A stretch of DNA of 64,000 bases, from the IMG/VR virus record IMGVR_UViG_3300027749_000073, positions 25,503 to 89,502 of that record. One strand, given 5' to 3'. Both the position numbers and the translations under genes were made by a program. The notes under the pieces were generated by a model, which was given only the letters and a program-made list of their open reading frames with translations, was not told the origin of the DNA and did not search any database. The stretch's first letter is position 1. Every line of letters starts with the position of its first letter. This document shows, in pieces, positions 1 through 8,759 of the stretch. The stretch is from a virus.

Positions 1-929
1 TTGAAGCAGTTGATCGTATGATCTCTGAACAACTTGCACAAGAAATTGTTGAATTTTCAGAAGACCGTAAAGGTCTAGCAGAAATGAAAGTTAAGCTAGC
101 TAGAAAAATGACAGAAAGCACACAAATGTTAAACACATTTGTTACTCGTCAACTAGCATCTGAAGTTAGAGAATTGCATGAAGATCAAGTTGCAATTGCT
201 AACAAGTTCGGCGTTTTAGAAAACTTCATCGTTGAAGCTCTAGCTCAAGAAATTACTGAATTCTATAGAGACAAACAAGACTTAGCAGAAACTAAAGTAC
301 GTTTAGTCCGCGAAGGTCGTAAAGAAATCAAAAAGGTAAAAGAACAATTTGTTCAACGTGCTGCAACTATGGTTGAAAGTGTTGTTAGTCGATCATTACG
401 TGCTGAAATAACTTCATTAAAAGAAGATATCGAATCGGCTCGTCGTACAGATTTTGGACGCAAACTATTCGAAGCTTTTGCTGCTGAATACCAATCTAGT
501 TACCTCAATGAAAAATCGGAAACTTCTAAATTACTCAAAGTCATAGACATGAAAGATTTAGCTATGCAAGAAGCAGCTGATGCTGTTATAAAAGCAGAGA
601 AAATACTAGAAAGTAAACAAGCAGAAATCCGTGCGCTGAAAGAATCGCAAGAAAGAAAAGCAATCATGAGTGAACTACTGGCTCCGCTTAATTCGGAACA
701 AAGAGCAATCATGGGCGAATTGTTAGAAAGCGTAAAAACTTCTAGATTAAACGAAGGATTCGAGAAGTATCTACCAGCTGTTGTTACGGGGAAAGCTCCT
801 CAGAAAAGACAGGCACTAGTAGAGGCTAAAGAAATAACTGGAAATAAGACAATTTCCAACACCAATCGTAGCAGCGAGTCAGATGTTAACATCATTGATA
901 TTCGTAAGCTCGCTGGACTAAAAATTTAA
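1..929 (+). CDS. Prohead core/scaffolding protein (gp22-like), 5'-truncated
   Basis: Frame is open to the window start (EAVDRMISE). Glu/Lys-rich coiled coil ending IRKLAGLKI, directly upstream of the major capsid gene as in T4-like phages. Confidence 0.8.
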   Translation, partial: EAVDRMISEQLAQEIVEFSEDRKGLAEMKVKLARKMTESTQMLNTFVTRQLASEVRELHEDQVAIANKFGVLENFIVEALAQEITEFYRDKQDLAETKVRLVREGRKEIKKVKEQFVQRAATMVESVVSRSLRAEITSLKEDIESARRTDFGRKLFEAFAAEYQSSYLNEKSETSKLLKVIDMKDLAMQEAADAVIKAEKILESKQAEIRALKESQERKAIMSELLAPLNSEQRAIMGELLESVKTSRLNEGFEKYLPAVVTGKAPQKRQALVEAKEITGNKTISNTNRSSESDVNIIDIRKLAGLKI

Positions 930-941
930 GGAGAAATTTAA

Positions 942-2108
942 ATGTCAGAACTACTTAATGGCCGTTGGGCAGAAACTAAAGAAGCCCTATTAGAAGGCTT
1001 ATCAGGCACAAAAAAATCAGTAATGGGAGTTACATTAGAAAATACTCGTAAGTATTTAATGGAATCACCGACTGCAGGTGCTACTTCTGCTGGAAACGTT
1101 GCAACATTAAACCGTGTAATTTTACCGGTAATCCGTCGTGTTATGCCAACTGTTATTGCTAACGAATTAGTTGGTGTACAACCTATGACTGGCCCAGTTG
1201 GTCAAATTCATACATTACGTGTACGTTATAGTGACACAAATTCAGGTGCAGGTGTTGTAGCTGGTGAAGAAGCATTAAGCCCATTCAAAATTGCAGAAGC
1301 ATATTCAGGTAACTCTGCAGGTAAAGCAGCATCAACAGCAACATTAGAAGGACAAGCTGGCAACAGAATGTCGATCCAAATCTTGAAACAAACTGTTGAA
1401 GCTAAAACACGTAAATTATCAGCTCGTTGGACTTTTGAAGCTGCACAAGATGCGCAAGCACAACAAGGTATTGACGTTGAAGCAGAAATTATGGCTGCTT
1501 TAGCACAAGAAATTACTGCTGAGATCGACCAAGAAATTATTGGTTCATTGATTACTTTAGCTGGTTCAGCTACTGAAACTTATGACCAAGCAAATGTTTC
1601 TGGCACAGCAACATTCGTAGGTGACGAACACGCTGCATTAGCAATCCAAATCAACCGTGTGAGCAACTTGATTGCACAACGTACACGTCGTGGTGCTGGT
1701 AACTATGCTGTTGTATCTCCATTTGCATTAACAATTTTACAATCTGCTACTACTTCAGCATTTGCTCGTACAACAGAAGGTACATTCGAAGCTCCTACAA
1801 ATACTAAATTTGTTGGTACATTAAACAATTCATTAAAAGTTTACGTAAACAGCTACGCACAAGATACTACTTCTATCTTAGTTGGTTACAAAGGTGGTTC
1901 AGAATCAGATGCACCAGCATTCTACTGTCCATATATTCCATTAATGTCATCAGGTGTTGTTTTAGATCCATCAACATTTGAACCAGTTGTTTCTTTCATG
2001 ACACGTTATGGTTATGTTGAATTATCAAACACTGCGTCATCTTTAGGTAACGCGGCTGACTACTTAGGTTTAGTTGGTATTACTAGCGGAAACGTTAAAT
2101 TCAGCTAA
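942..2108 (+). CDS. gp23: Major capsid protein, T4 gp23 family
   Basis: Motifs GVQPMTGPVGQI, KTRKLSARWTFEAAQD, FYCPYIPL, DPSTFEP..FMTRYG; SD AAGGAG. Confidence 0.97.
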   Translation: MSELLNGRWAETKEALLEGLSGTKKSVMGVTLENTRKYLMESPTAGATSAGNVATLNRVILPVIRRVMPTVIANELVGVQPMTGPVGQIHTLRVRYSDTNSGAGVVAGEEALSPFKIAEAYSGNSAGKAASTATLEGQAGNRMSIQILKQTVEAKTRKLSARWTFEAAQDAQAQQGIDVEAEIMAALAQEITAEIDQEIIGSLITLAGSATETYDQANVSGTATFVGDEHAALAIQINRVSNLIAQRTRRGAGNYAVVSPFALTILQSATTSAFARTTEGTFEAPTNTKFVGTLNNSLKVYVNSYAQDTTSILVGYKGGSESDAPAFYCPYIPLMSSGVVLDPSTFEPVVSFMTRYGYVELSNTASSLGNAADYLGLVGITSGNVKFS

Positions 2109-2134
2109 TTTATACTTAGGTATAACACACTGTG

Positions 2135-2161
2135 GAAAGGCTCTTAGGAGCCTTTCTTTTT
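2135..2161 (+). terminator. Rho-independent terminator
   Basis: GAAAGGCTC-TTAG-GAGCCTTTC followed by a T run. Confidence 0.9.
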
Positions 2162-2167
2162 GAGTAG

Positions 2168-2174
2168 ATAAATA
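2168..2174 (+). promoter_or_regulatory. T4-type late promoter
   Basis: ATAAATA just after the terminator; the same box recurs upstream of many structural genes. Confidence 0.75.
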
Positions 2175-2176
2175 CA

Positions 2177-2250
2177 AAGTCTAAATGAGCTTGTAAACAC
2201 AAGACTTATGCTGTGACCCCACAGCGTAGACTTAAAACGTCATTAGGAGA
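2177..2250 (+). ncRNA. Structured 5' leader (three-way junction)
   Basis: P1 AAGTCTA(2177-83)/TAGACTT(2227-33) encloses hairpins CTTGT-AAAC-ACAAG and GCTGTG-ACCC-CACAGC. Confidence 0.55.
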
Positions 2251-2257
2251 AAAACAA

Positions 2258-3010
2258 ATGGGACGTCCTTTACATAAAAAATATTTTGGTAACCGTAATA
2301 TCGGTTCGACAACAACAACTGCTGATGATAAAATTGGCGGTGAAGGTGTAGCAAGCGTGGTTGTTACTGGCACATTCTCAGGTAAAACTACTGCAACAGA
2401 TTATGCTATTCCAGCATCAGTTATTTCATCACCAGATTTACCAGACGGTATCAAACCGACTCTAACAATTAGATTTTCATCAGCAACTGCCGGTGCAGTT
2501 ACTGTTGTAGACAAAGGTTCAGGTTATTCAGCAGCACCTACAATCTCAGGTGCAGCACTTCAAGCATTAGGTGGCGGTGCTGGTACTGTAGTACTAACTG
2601 CAGCACTTACAGTTAGTACAGGTTTTGTAGGATCTGCAACTAATCAAGAAAATGCAATTTCAATTACTGCATGGGTTCCTGCAACAGGCGCAGCTGGAAA
2701 TATTTCAGGTAACGGCACTAGTGCAGTTGTAGGCGATATTAGACGCCAAGTTGGCAGCAAAAAGTATGTAGTCGAAACTGCGCAAGGCGTTGGCCGTGTG
2801 ACTTTAGTTGCAGCTACTCCTGCAACAGGACAAGCAACTATTATTGCAACTGATTCTGCTAGTAATACCTATTATGTTACTAAATTAACTGCACACAAAG
2901 CAAAATTAACAAGATTAAGTGGATCTAGTTATTTGTATGCAACAGGACAAACTGCAAACTGGTCATTTGCTACTGCAAGTGGCGCGATTGTTCAAATTGC
3001 AAACGCTTAA
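2258..3010 (+). CDS. Virion structural protein (possibly capsid decoration)
   Basis: Probable start ATG 2258 (MGRPLHKKYFG) after SD AGGAGA; Ala/Thr/Gly-rich; own promoter and terminator next to gp23. Confidence 0.6.
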   Translation: MGRPLHKKYFGNRNIGSTTTTADDKIGGEGVASVVVTGTFSGKTTATDYAIPASVISSPDLPDGIKPTLTIRFSSATAGAVTVVDKGSGYSAAPTISGAALQALGGGAGTVVLTAALTVSTGFVGSATNQENAISITAWVPATGAAGNISGNGTSAVVGDIRRQVGSKKYVVETAQGVGRVTLVAATPATGQATIIATDSASNTYYVTKLTAHKAKLTRLSGSSYLYATGQTANWSFATASGAIVQIANA

Positions 3011-3019
3011 TATGCAAGC

Positions 3020-3048
3020 GGAGGGAGATATTTTCTCCCTCCTTTTTT
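3020..3048 (+). terminator. Rho-independent terminator
   Basis: GGAGGGAGA-TATTT-TCTCCCTCC-TTTTTT. Confidence 0.9.
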
Positions 3049-3059
3049 AGGATCTAATA

Positions 3060-4076
3060 ATGTCAAGAATTTTAAAAGTTAACCAAAGTGATTATCGGGT
3101 GCAAGTCCGATCTGGCGGAAATATTACTCTAGATACCGGTGTTGCAGCAGGTGAAGTGCGAGTAACCGGAAATCTAGTAGTTTCGGGAAACTATACGACA
3201 CTCAATGTTTCAGATATGCAAATTGAAGATAACATTATTATCCTTAACAAAGGCGAAACCGGATACGGAGTAACTGAAGGAACTTCAGGTATTCAAATCT
3301 CACGTGGTGGTCATCTAGCCCAACCTGATGCGCAACTTGTGTTTGACGAAAATGTTTCATTCTACGATCCTATCACTGAATCAGAATTACCCGGAACATG
3401 GGTATTTAAAAATACTGAAAATCAATTAATTGGTATCTCAGTTAGATCAATCACATCTGACGGAAATAATGATATTGCAATTGACATGCAAAATTCGGTT
3501 TTAACTGTATTTAAGTTAGCAAATGTTGATGCAGACGCATATTCAGATTTATTATTAGCGTTAGATCCAACTGGATATCACGACAACGATATTCCAACTA
3601 AAAAGTACATTACGCGCTACATGCAATCTGGTGTGTTTACGCCAGGTATGGCTGATGTAGATAAAATTTACAAACGTGACGATATTACACCTTTTACAGA
3701 ACGTTCTAGAGTACAAGCGTTTTCAACTAGTATTGATTTTTTAATTAATTCCGGACTAAGTGCAAGACTTGATTCTACTGGATTACAAGTTAACCACATT
3801 AATATTTTCAACGACACTATATCGAATACCTCAGCAACTCAACTTAAATTATCATCAAGTATTAACCTAGTTGAAGTTGATGCAGTTTTATCATTAACTA
3901 ACCAGTCTACAACTATAACTGCTACTACTTTAAAAAATAAATTATATTCAAAAGCTACAGACGGCCCTGGTCGAACTGGTCTTTATTTTACAAATACAAA
4001 CCAGTATAACGGTGCAAATAATAGTGACGAATTAGTAAGCAAAAACAGAGCAGTACTTTTAAGTATGCTTTTTTAA
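3060..4076 (+). CDS. Virion fibre/spike protein
   Basis: VTGNLVVSG...IEDNIIILNKG...GIQISRG fibre-type segment; hydrophobic C-terminus AVLLSMLF. Confidence 0.6.
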   Translation: MSRILKVNQSDYRVQVRSGGNITLDTGVAAGEVRVTGNLVVSGNYTTLNVSDMQIEDNIIILNKGETGYGVTEGTSGIQISRGGHLAQPDAQLVFDENVSFYDPITESELPGTWVFKNTENQLIGISVRSITSDGNNDIAIDMQNSVLTVFKLANVDADAYSDLLLALDPTGYHDNDIPTKKYITRYMQSGVFTPGMADVDKIYKRDDITPFTERSRVQAFSTSIDFLINSGLSARLDSTGLQVNHINIFNDTISNTSATQLKLSSSINLVEVDAVLSLTNQSTTITATTLKNKLYSKATDGPGRTGLYFTNTNQYNGANNSDELVSKNRAVLLSMLF

Positions 4077-4085
4077 GGATAACAC

Positions 4086-4418
4086 ATGGCAATTTACAAT
4101 ACAGCAGTAACATCTTCAAACACTACACTAAGTACCGGAGCAGGTGATCGTGCAATTACAACTCTTATTTTTTGTAACACATCGACTTATGTACCTGCAA
4201 CACCTGCATTAAATCAATCATTATTGTATGTGTATGCAGTACCTTCGGGTGGGACTGCCGGAAATGGTAATATTATCGTTAACGGGTTACCGGTACCAGC
4301 AGGCGAAACAGTAAGCTTTGATCAAGAAAAAATAGTGTTAGGTACGGGTGATTTTATAGTAGCAAAAACAGATTCACTGAGCAATATTACTGCTACAGTT
4401 AGTATTTTGGCGGTATAA
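4086..4418 (+). CDS. Small ~110-aa virion adaptor-like protein (paralogue 1)
   Basis: ITTLIFCN...EKIVL pattern shared with 12804 and 26458. Confidence 0.6.
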   Translation: MAIYNTAVTSSNTTLSTGAGDRAITTLIFCNTSTYVPATPALNQSLLYVYAVPSGGTAGNGNIIVNGLPVPAGETVSFDQEKIVLGTGDFIVAKTDSLSNITATVSILAV

Positions 4419-4419
4419 C

Positions 4420-5430
4420 ATGAGATATTTACGTAAACAAGTTTTAAATCGTAGAGCACCGTGGGATCAACGATTATATGTTAATCTTGATGATGCAGTT
4501 GTAATGACCTCAACAAACAACGTAACATTGCCATCCGGTACTACTGCGCAACGACCAGTTAGCCCAGTTAACGGTATGATAAGATACAATACTGACATTG
4601 TTACCGGCGGTGAAATCGAAGTGTATCAAGCTAGTCAGTGGCGCAGTTTAAGATTTAAAGAACCTACATTAATTACACAGCAAAGTTTAGGTGCCGGCGA
4701 TAGTAACAATATATATTTTGGTCCGCTAAATCCTGCACCGCCGACTACCGTACAAAGCAATACAACTTGGGGCGGCCAAAATCTTCTAGTTATAGTTGAA
4801 AATGTAATTCAACTTGCAAACACTAATTACGCAATTGTTCAAAATCCGACTACAATTCCAGCCGAAGTATATACCGGAACACTAAGTAAAGCAGCAATAT
4901 TAGGTGATACTACTTTGTATTTTAACACTAGTTTAGTAGCAACAGGAGCAACAGGAGCAAGCGGAACTGTAACAATTACCTTTACTAATCGACCTGCAGC
5001 AGTATCGTTTGCAGTTGGATCAACAATTGTTGTTACTGGATTCATACCAACTTCTTATAATGGGACATTTACTGTAACTGGCTCAACGACAAGTTCTGTA
5101 AGCTATGCAAACGCAACTACTACAACTGCAACATTTGCAGGTACAGTATCAAGCAGTAATACAATCTATACTTCAGTTGATTTGACTAGCGCAGTTGCAT
5201 CTGGCCAAGCAAGCATTCCTACCGGTGACACTATTACATCTTTTGTTGCTGATGCAAACACTGATGCGCTAATTAGTATAACTTTAAGCAGTTCTGTAGG
5301 TGTAACTGCAGGTAATTCTAGTATCACTCTTACGAAAAGTAGTTATACAGGAACTGGCTACTATCTAAAATTCAGTTCGCCAGTTCCGCTAGGTAAAATG
5401 GTAACAGTATTACACGGTTTTGACAAATAA
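4420..5430 (+). CDS. Virion structural protein
   Basis: LPSGTTAQRP..PVNGMIRYNT phage fibre motif; Thr/Ser-rich beta domain. Confidence 0.6.
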   Translation: MRYLRKQVLNRRAPWDQRLYVNLDDAVVMTSTNNVTLPSGTTAQRPVSPVNGMIRYNTDIVTGGEIEVYQASQWRSLRFKEPTLITQQSLGAGDSNNIYFGPLNPAPPTTVQSNTTWGGQNLLVIVENVIQLANTNYAIVQNPTTIPAEVYTGTLSKAAILGDTTLYFNTSLVATGATGASGTVTITFTNRPAAVSFAVGSTIVVTGFIPTSYNGTFTVTGSTTSSVSYANATTTTATFAGTVSSSNTIYTSVDLTSAVASGQASIPTGDTITSFVADANTDALISITLSSSVGVTAGNSSITLTKSSYTGTGYYLKFSSPVPLGKMVTVLHGFDK

Positions 5431-5439
5431 GGAACCACA

Positions 5440-8400
5440 ATGGGTATAGAAATGGGTAGAATTAGCGGCCAGCTATTATCAGAAAATCTGGTAAGAAACG
5501 GCGAAAACTTAGCGTTTGATACTACGCTATTATATCTTGATGTTAATTCTGGTTTCGTTGGAATTGGTACTGATTCTCCTACCCGTTCAATTACTGTCGG
5601 TGGTACTTCAAATATTGATAACATTCTTGTTACTACGCAAGCTGATTTTACTTCGCTGACTTTTGTTTCAAATAAAATTCAAAATGTTAGTGGTAACATT
5701 GTTATTAGTCCTAACCAATCAGTTAATCCGATTGTAACAGTTCGAGAATTACAAACTGCAAATCTAAGTTTTACTAATCAAAAAATTGAAAACTTAGTTA
5801 CTAATAGTGACATTAACATTGCAGCAAACGGTACTGGACAAGTTAAATTTTATGCACCTATTGTTAATGTTAATGGAACTTTACATTCTACAGGTGATAT
5901 TACCTGGGACGGTACTATTACCATCGGTAATGATAACACTGATAGTGTTACATTTAAAGCTGATGTTACAAGTAACATTATTTCAGATGTTAACAACACC
6001 TACGAATTAGGTTCAGTAAGTAGATTTTGGAAAACGTTATATTCTGTAAATTTAAACTCAACAACAGTTACTACTCCACTAATCACTGCAAATAATATTA
6101 ATCTGCTGTTGACACAAGGACATACCATTTATGTTTCAGTTAATGGCAGTGACAGTAACTATGGAAATCTTTTACATTCGACATATAGAACTTTAAAATT
6201 TGCACTAAGTGTTGCACAAACCGGTGATGAAGTTGTAATTTTTCCCGGTACTTATACCGAAGTTTTTCCGTTAACAATTCCACAAGGTGTATGTGTGCGT
6301 GGTACCAGTACCCGTTCGGTAATTATTAAACCAACAAATGATACAAATAACAAAGACGCATTTCTATTAAATGGCGATACTACAGTATCTTTCTTAACTG
6401 TTCAAGATTATTTTTTCGATAGTGCTAACAACACAGGGTATGCATTTAGGTTTGCTAGCAATTTTAAATCATTGTCCCGCAGCCCGTATATTCAAAATGT
6501 TACAATTTTAACCAAAGGATCAGTAACATCAAATAGTGATCCTTTAGGATTTAATCAAGGTGATGCTGGAGCAGGTATCCTTGTTGACGGTAGTGTTGCT
6601 AATTCAACAGGTACAATTGTACCGACAATGTTATTTTTTGCAATTACTTTGGTAACGCCAAATCAAAATGGTATAACAGCTAAGAATGGTGTTAGAGTTG
6701 AATGGTTAAATTCATTTACCTATTTTGCAAGCAAAGGTATTTACTTAACAAACGGTACTAGTGGATTTGCTAATCTAGGTGTAAAATTTGGCGCTGAACT
6801 GCGAAGTATCAATAGTGCAAACATCTACGGTAACTACGGTGCAGTTGCAGACGGTGCAAGTACTATTGGTTATCTCGTTGGTCATAATTTTAGTTATATA
6901 GGATCAGGGTTAGATTCATCAAACGATAGCTCATTAACTATTCAAGCCAATGAAATTGTTGCAACAAATAATGCACAATTATTATACGAAAGTGTTGATC
7001 AACAAGGTGACTTTCGTATCGGTGATATTTTTTACGTTAACCAAGAAACTGGCATTGTTTCATTTAATGCACAAAGCCTAAATTTTAATGCTTCAGGCGG
7101 ACTTGTTTTTGAAAGCCAATACGGTATCACTAGCATTACTCCTCGGGGAGTTCAAACCGGAAATATTCGTTTCGAAAATAACACTATTATTTCACTTCTT
7201 GGCCCTGTTAATGCATTTGCAAAATCAGGATCAACGCGATTAAACACTAATGTATTTGTAACCGGTTTAGTTAACGTTAGCAATGATGTTAATGTTAAAG
7301 GCAATTTAACATTAGGTAACGAAACAACAGACACTATTGCAGTAACTCCAAATCTTACACAGTTAATTAAACCCAACCAAAATAATACTTTTGCACTAGG
7401 ACGTAAAGGTGCCGATCCTAAAGTTTGGAACACATTATTTTTAAAGTTAATTGATGTTGACAGTGTTACTCAAATAACTAACAACACTATTTCAACATTA
7501 ACAGCTAATACTGATTTACAGCTGGTTGCATCTGGAACTGGAAAAATACAAGTTTCTACAACTGATGTTCAAATTGATAACAATCTTACAGTTGCAGGAA
7601 CAACTACTATCAATGGAAGTAGTTCATTAAAAAATGTAACTGCAGTTGGAACAACAACGATCACAGGTGCGATTAACCAAACAGGCAATACTGGTATTAC
7701 AGGTTTGTTTTCAAATAATAATATTATTATAACTGAGTCAACATCGTATTTTCAAGTTCCTAGTATTAAATTACAAACTAATAAAATTTCCGCAACATTA
7801 TTAAACAGTGATATTGCTTTTTCTGCTAACGGGCTAGGCGGTGTAGTACTAGACAGTAAATTAAAAATCACTGATTCTACAATTAGTAATCGATGGGCTA
7901 GTGCTACTACTGATTCTCAAAAAAGTATAATATTTTCACCTAATGGCACAGGAAATACAGTAATCAATACTACTAGATTTTTAACTATTCCATATGCAAA
8001 TGATAGTAATCGAGTTCTATCAACTTACGGCGAGGTGCGACAAAACTCAACAACTACATGGTACGAAGGTTACTTGCCTTCTGGTAATGTTAGTTTTAAT
8101 AATCTTTATGATTTCGATAAAAATACATATATTACCGCAGAGCTAACTCCAGGTACCGATGATAAAATTTTAAGATTTGGAATCGACGGATCTGTGCGTG
8201 CAACTATTGATTCATCCAAATTAACAACTAGTTTGGTTAATATTGACAATGTTCAATTAACTTCAAACAATATTAGTAACACGCTAGCTTCAAACGATTT
8301 AGAATTTTTACCTAACGGAACAGGGAACACTAGTATTAACGGTGTGTTTGTCAAAGGTTCAAAAGTTATCAATCAATTAAACACTCCTTTAATTTTTACA

Positions 8401-8637
8401 AATACAGGCACCGGATATGTTAAATTTGACGGTACGTACGGTATAGTAATTCCTGTTGGATCTGATTTACAACGACCTGTTTCAGCTGAAACAGGCGAAA
8501 TCCGTTACAGCACTACCCATAGTTATGTCGAAGTGTTTGATGGCACTTCCTGGGCAATCTCAACTGGTGTATCTGGTAATATTTCCGAAAACGATGTAAC
8601 TGAAATTATGAACTTCTGGAGCATCATCCTAGGCTAA
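5440..8637 (+). CDS. Long fibre/spike protein with pectin-lyase-like beta-helix (paralogue A1)
   Basis: YVSVNGSDSNYG...TLKFAL...IFPGTYTEVFPL beta-helix cap; repeated ANGTG motifs; paralogous to 8760. Confidence 0.7.
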   Translation: MGIEMGRISGQLLSENLVRNGENLAFDTTLLYLDVNSGFVGIGTDSPTRSITVGGTSNIDNILVTTQADFTSLTFVSNKIQNVSGNIVISPNQSVNPIVTVRELQTANLSFTNQKIENLVTNSDINIAANGTGQVKFYAPIVNVNGTLHSTGDITWDGTITIGNDNTDSVTFKADVTSNIISDVNNTYELGSVSRFWKTLYSVNLNSTTVTTPLITANNINLLLTQGHTIYVSVNGSDSNYGNLLHSTYRTLKFALSVAQTGDEVVIFPGTYTEVFPLTIPQGVCVRGTSTRSVIIKPTNDTNNKDAFLLNGDTTVSFLTVQDYFFDSANNTGYAFRFASNFKSLSRSPYIQNVTILTKGSVTSNSDPLGFNQGDAGAGILVDGSVANSTGTIVPTMLFFAITLVTPNQNGITAKNGVRVEWLNSFTYFASKGIYLTNGTSGFANLGVKFGAELRSINSANIYGNYGAVADGASTIGYLVGHNFSYIGSGLDSSNDSSLTIQANEIVATNNAQLLYESVDQQGDFRIGDIFYVNQETGIVSFNAQSLNFNASGGLVFESQYGITSITPRGVQTGNIRFENNTIISLLGPVNAFAKSGSTRLNTNVFVTGLVNVSNDVNVKGNLTLGNETTDTIAVTPNLTQLIKPNQNNTFALGRKGADPKVWNTLFLKLIDVDSVTQITNNTISTLTANTDLQLVASGTGKIQVSTTDVQIDNNLTVAGTTTINGSSSLKNVTAVGTTTITGAINQTGNTGITGLFSNNNIIITESTSYFQVPSIKLQTNKISATLLNSDIAFSANGLGGVVLDSKLKITDSTISNRWASATTDSQKSIIFSPNGTGNTVINTTRFLTIPYANDSNRVLSTYGEVRQNSTTTWYEGYLPSGNVSFNNLYDFDKNTYITAELTPGTDDKILRFGIDGSVRATIDSSKLTTSLVNIDNVQLTSNNISNTLASNDLEFLPNGTGNTSINGVFVKGSKVINQLNTPLIFTNTGTGYVKFDGTYGIVIPVGSDLQRPVSAETGEIRYSTTHSYVEVFDGTSWAISTGVSGNISENDVTEIMNFWSIILG

Positions 8638-8650
8638 TCTGCTAATTGCG

Positions 8651-8657
8651 ATAAATA
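8651..8657 (+). promoter_or_regulatory. T4-type late promoter
   Basis: ATAAATA in intergenic region. Confidence 0.7.
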
Positions 8658-8659
8658 CT

Positions 8660-8755
8660 TTTACTGCTGGGATTAGACCAAAGATCCTACGAGACGAAAC
8701 TGTGGTAAACCCGCAATGTAAGGTGGTTAGCCGTGAAACGCGGTGGTTAAGGAGA
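8660..8755 (+). ncRNA. Candidate structured 5' leader
   Basis: ~100-nt leader, GC-richer than other intergenic DNA; hairpin TGGGAT/ATCCTA, hairpin CCGTGAAACGCGG, GGTGGTTA repeated twice before the SD. Confidence 0.4.
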
Positions 8756-8759
8756 GTAT

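Noticed and set aside
2213-2257. ORF-track start at 2213
   Set aside because: Falls inside the leader hairpin with no SD; ATG 2258 has AGGAGA.
8660-8750. Hammerhead ribozyme or c-di-GMP-I riboswitch
   Set aside because: GAAA and GGTAAAC are present, but the CUGANGA core and the downstream riboswitch consensus are not.
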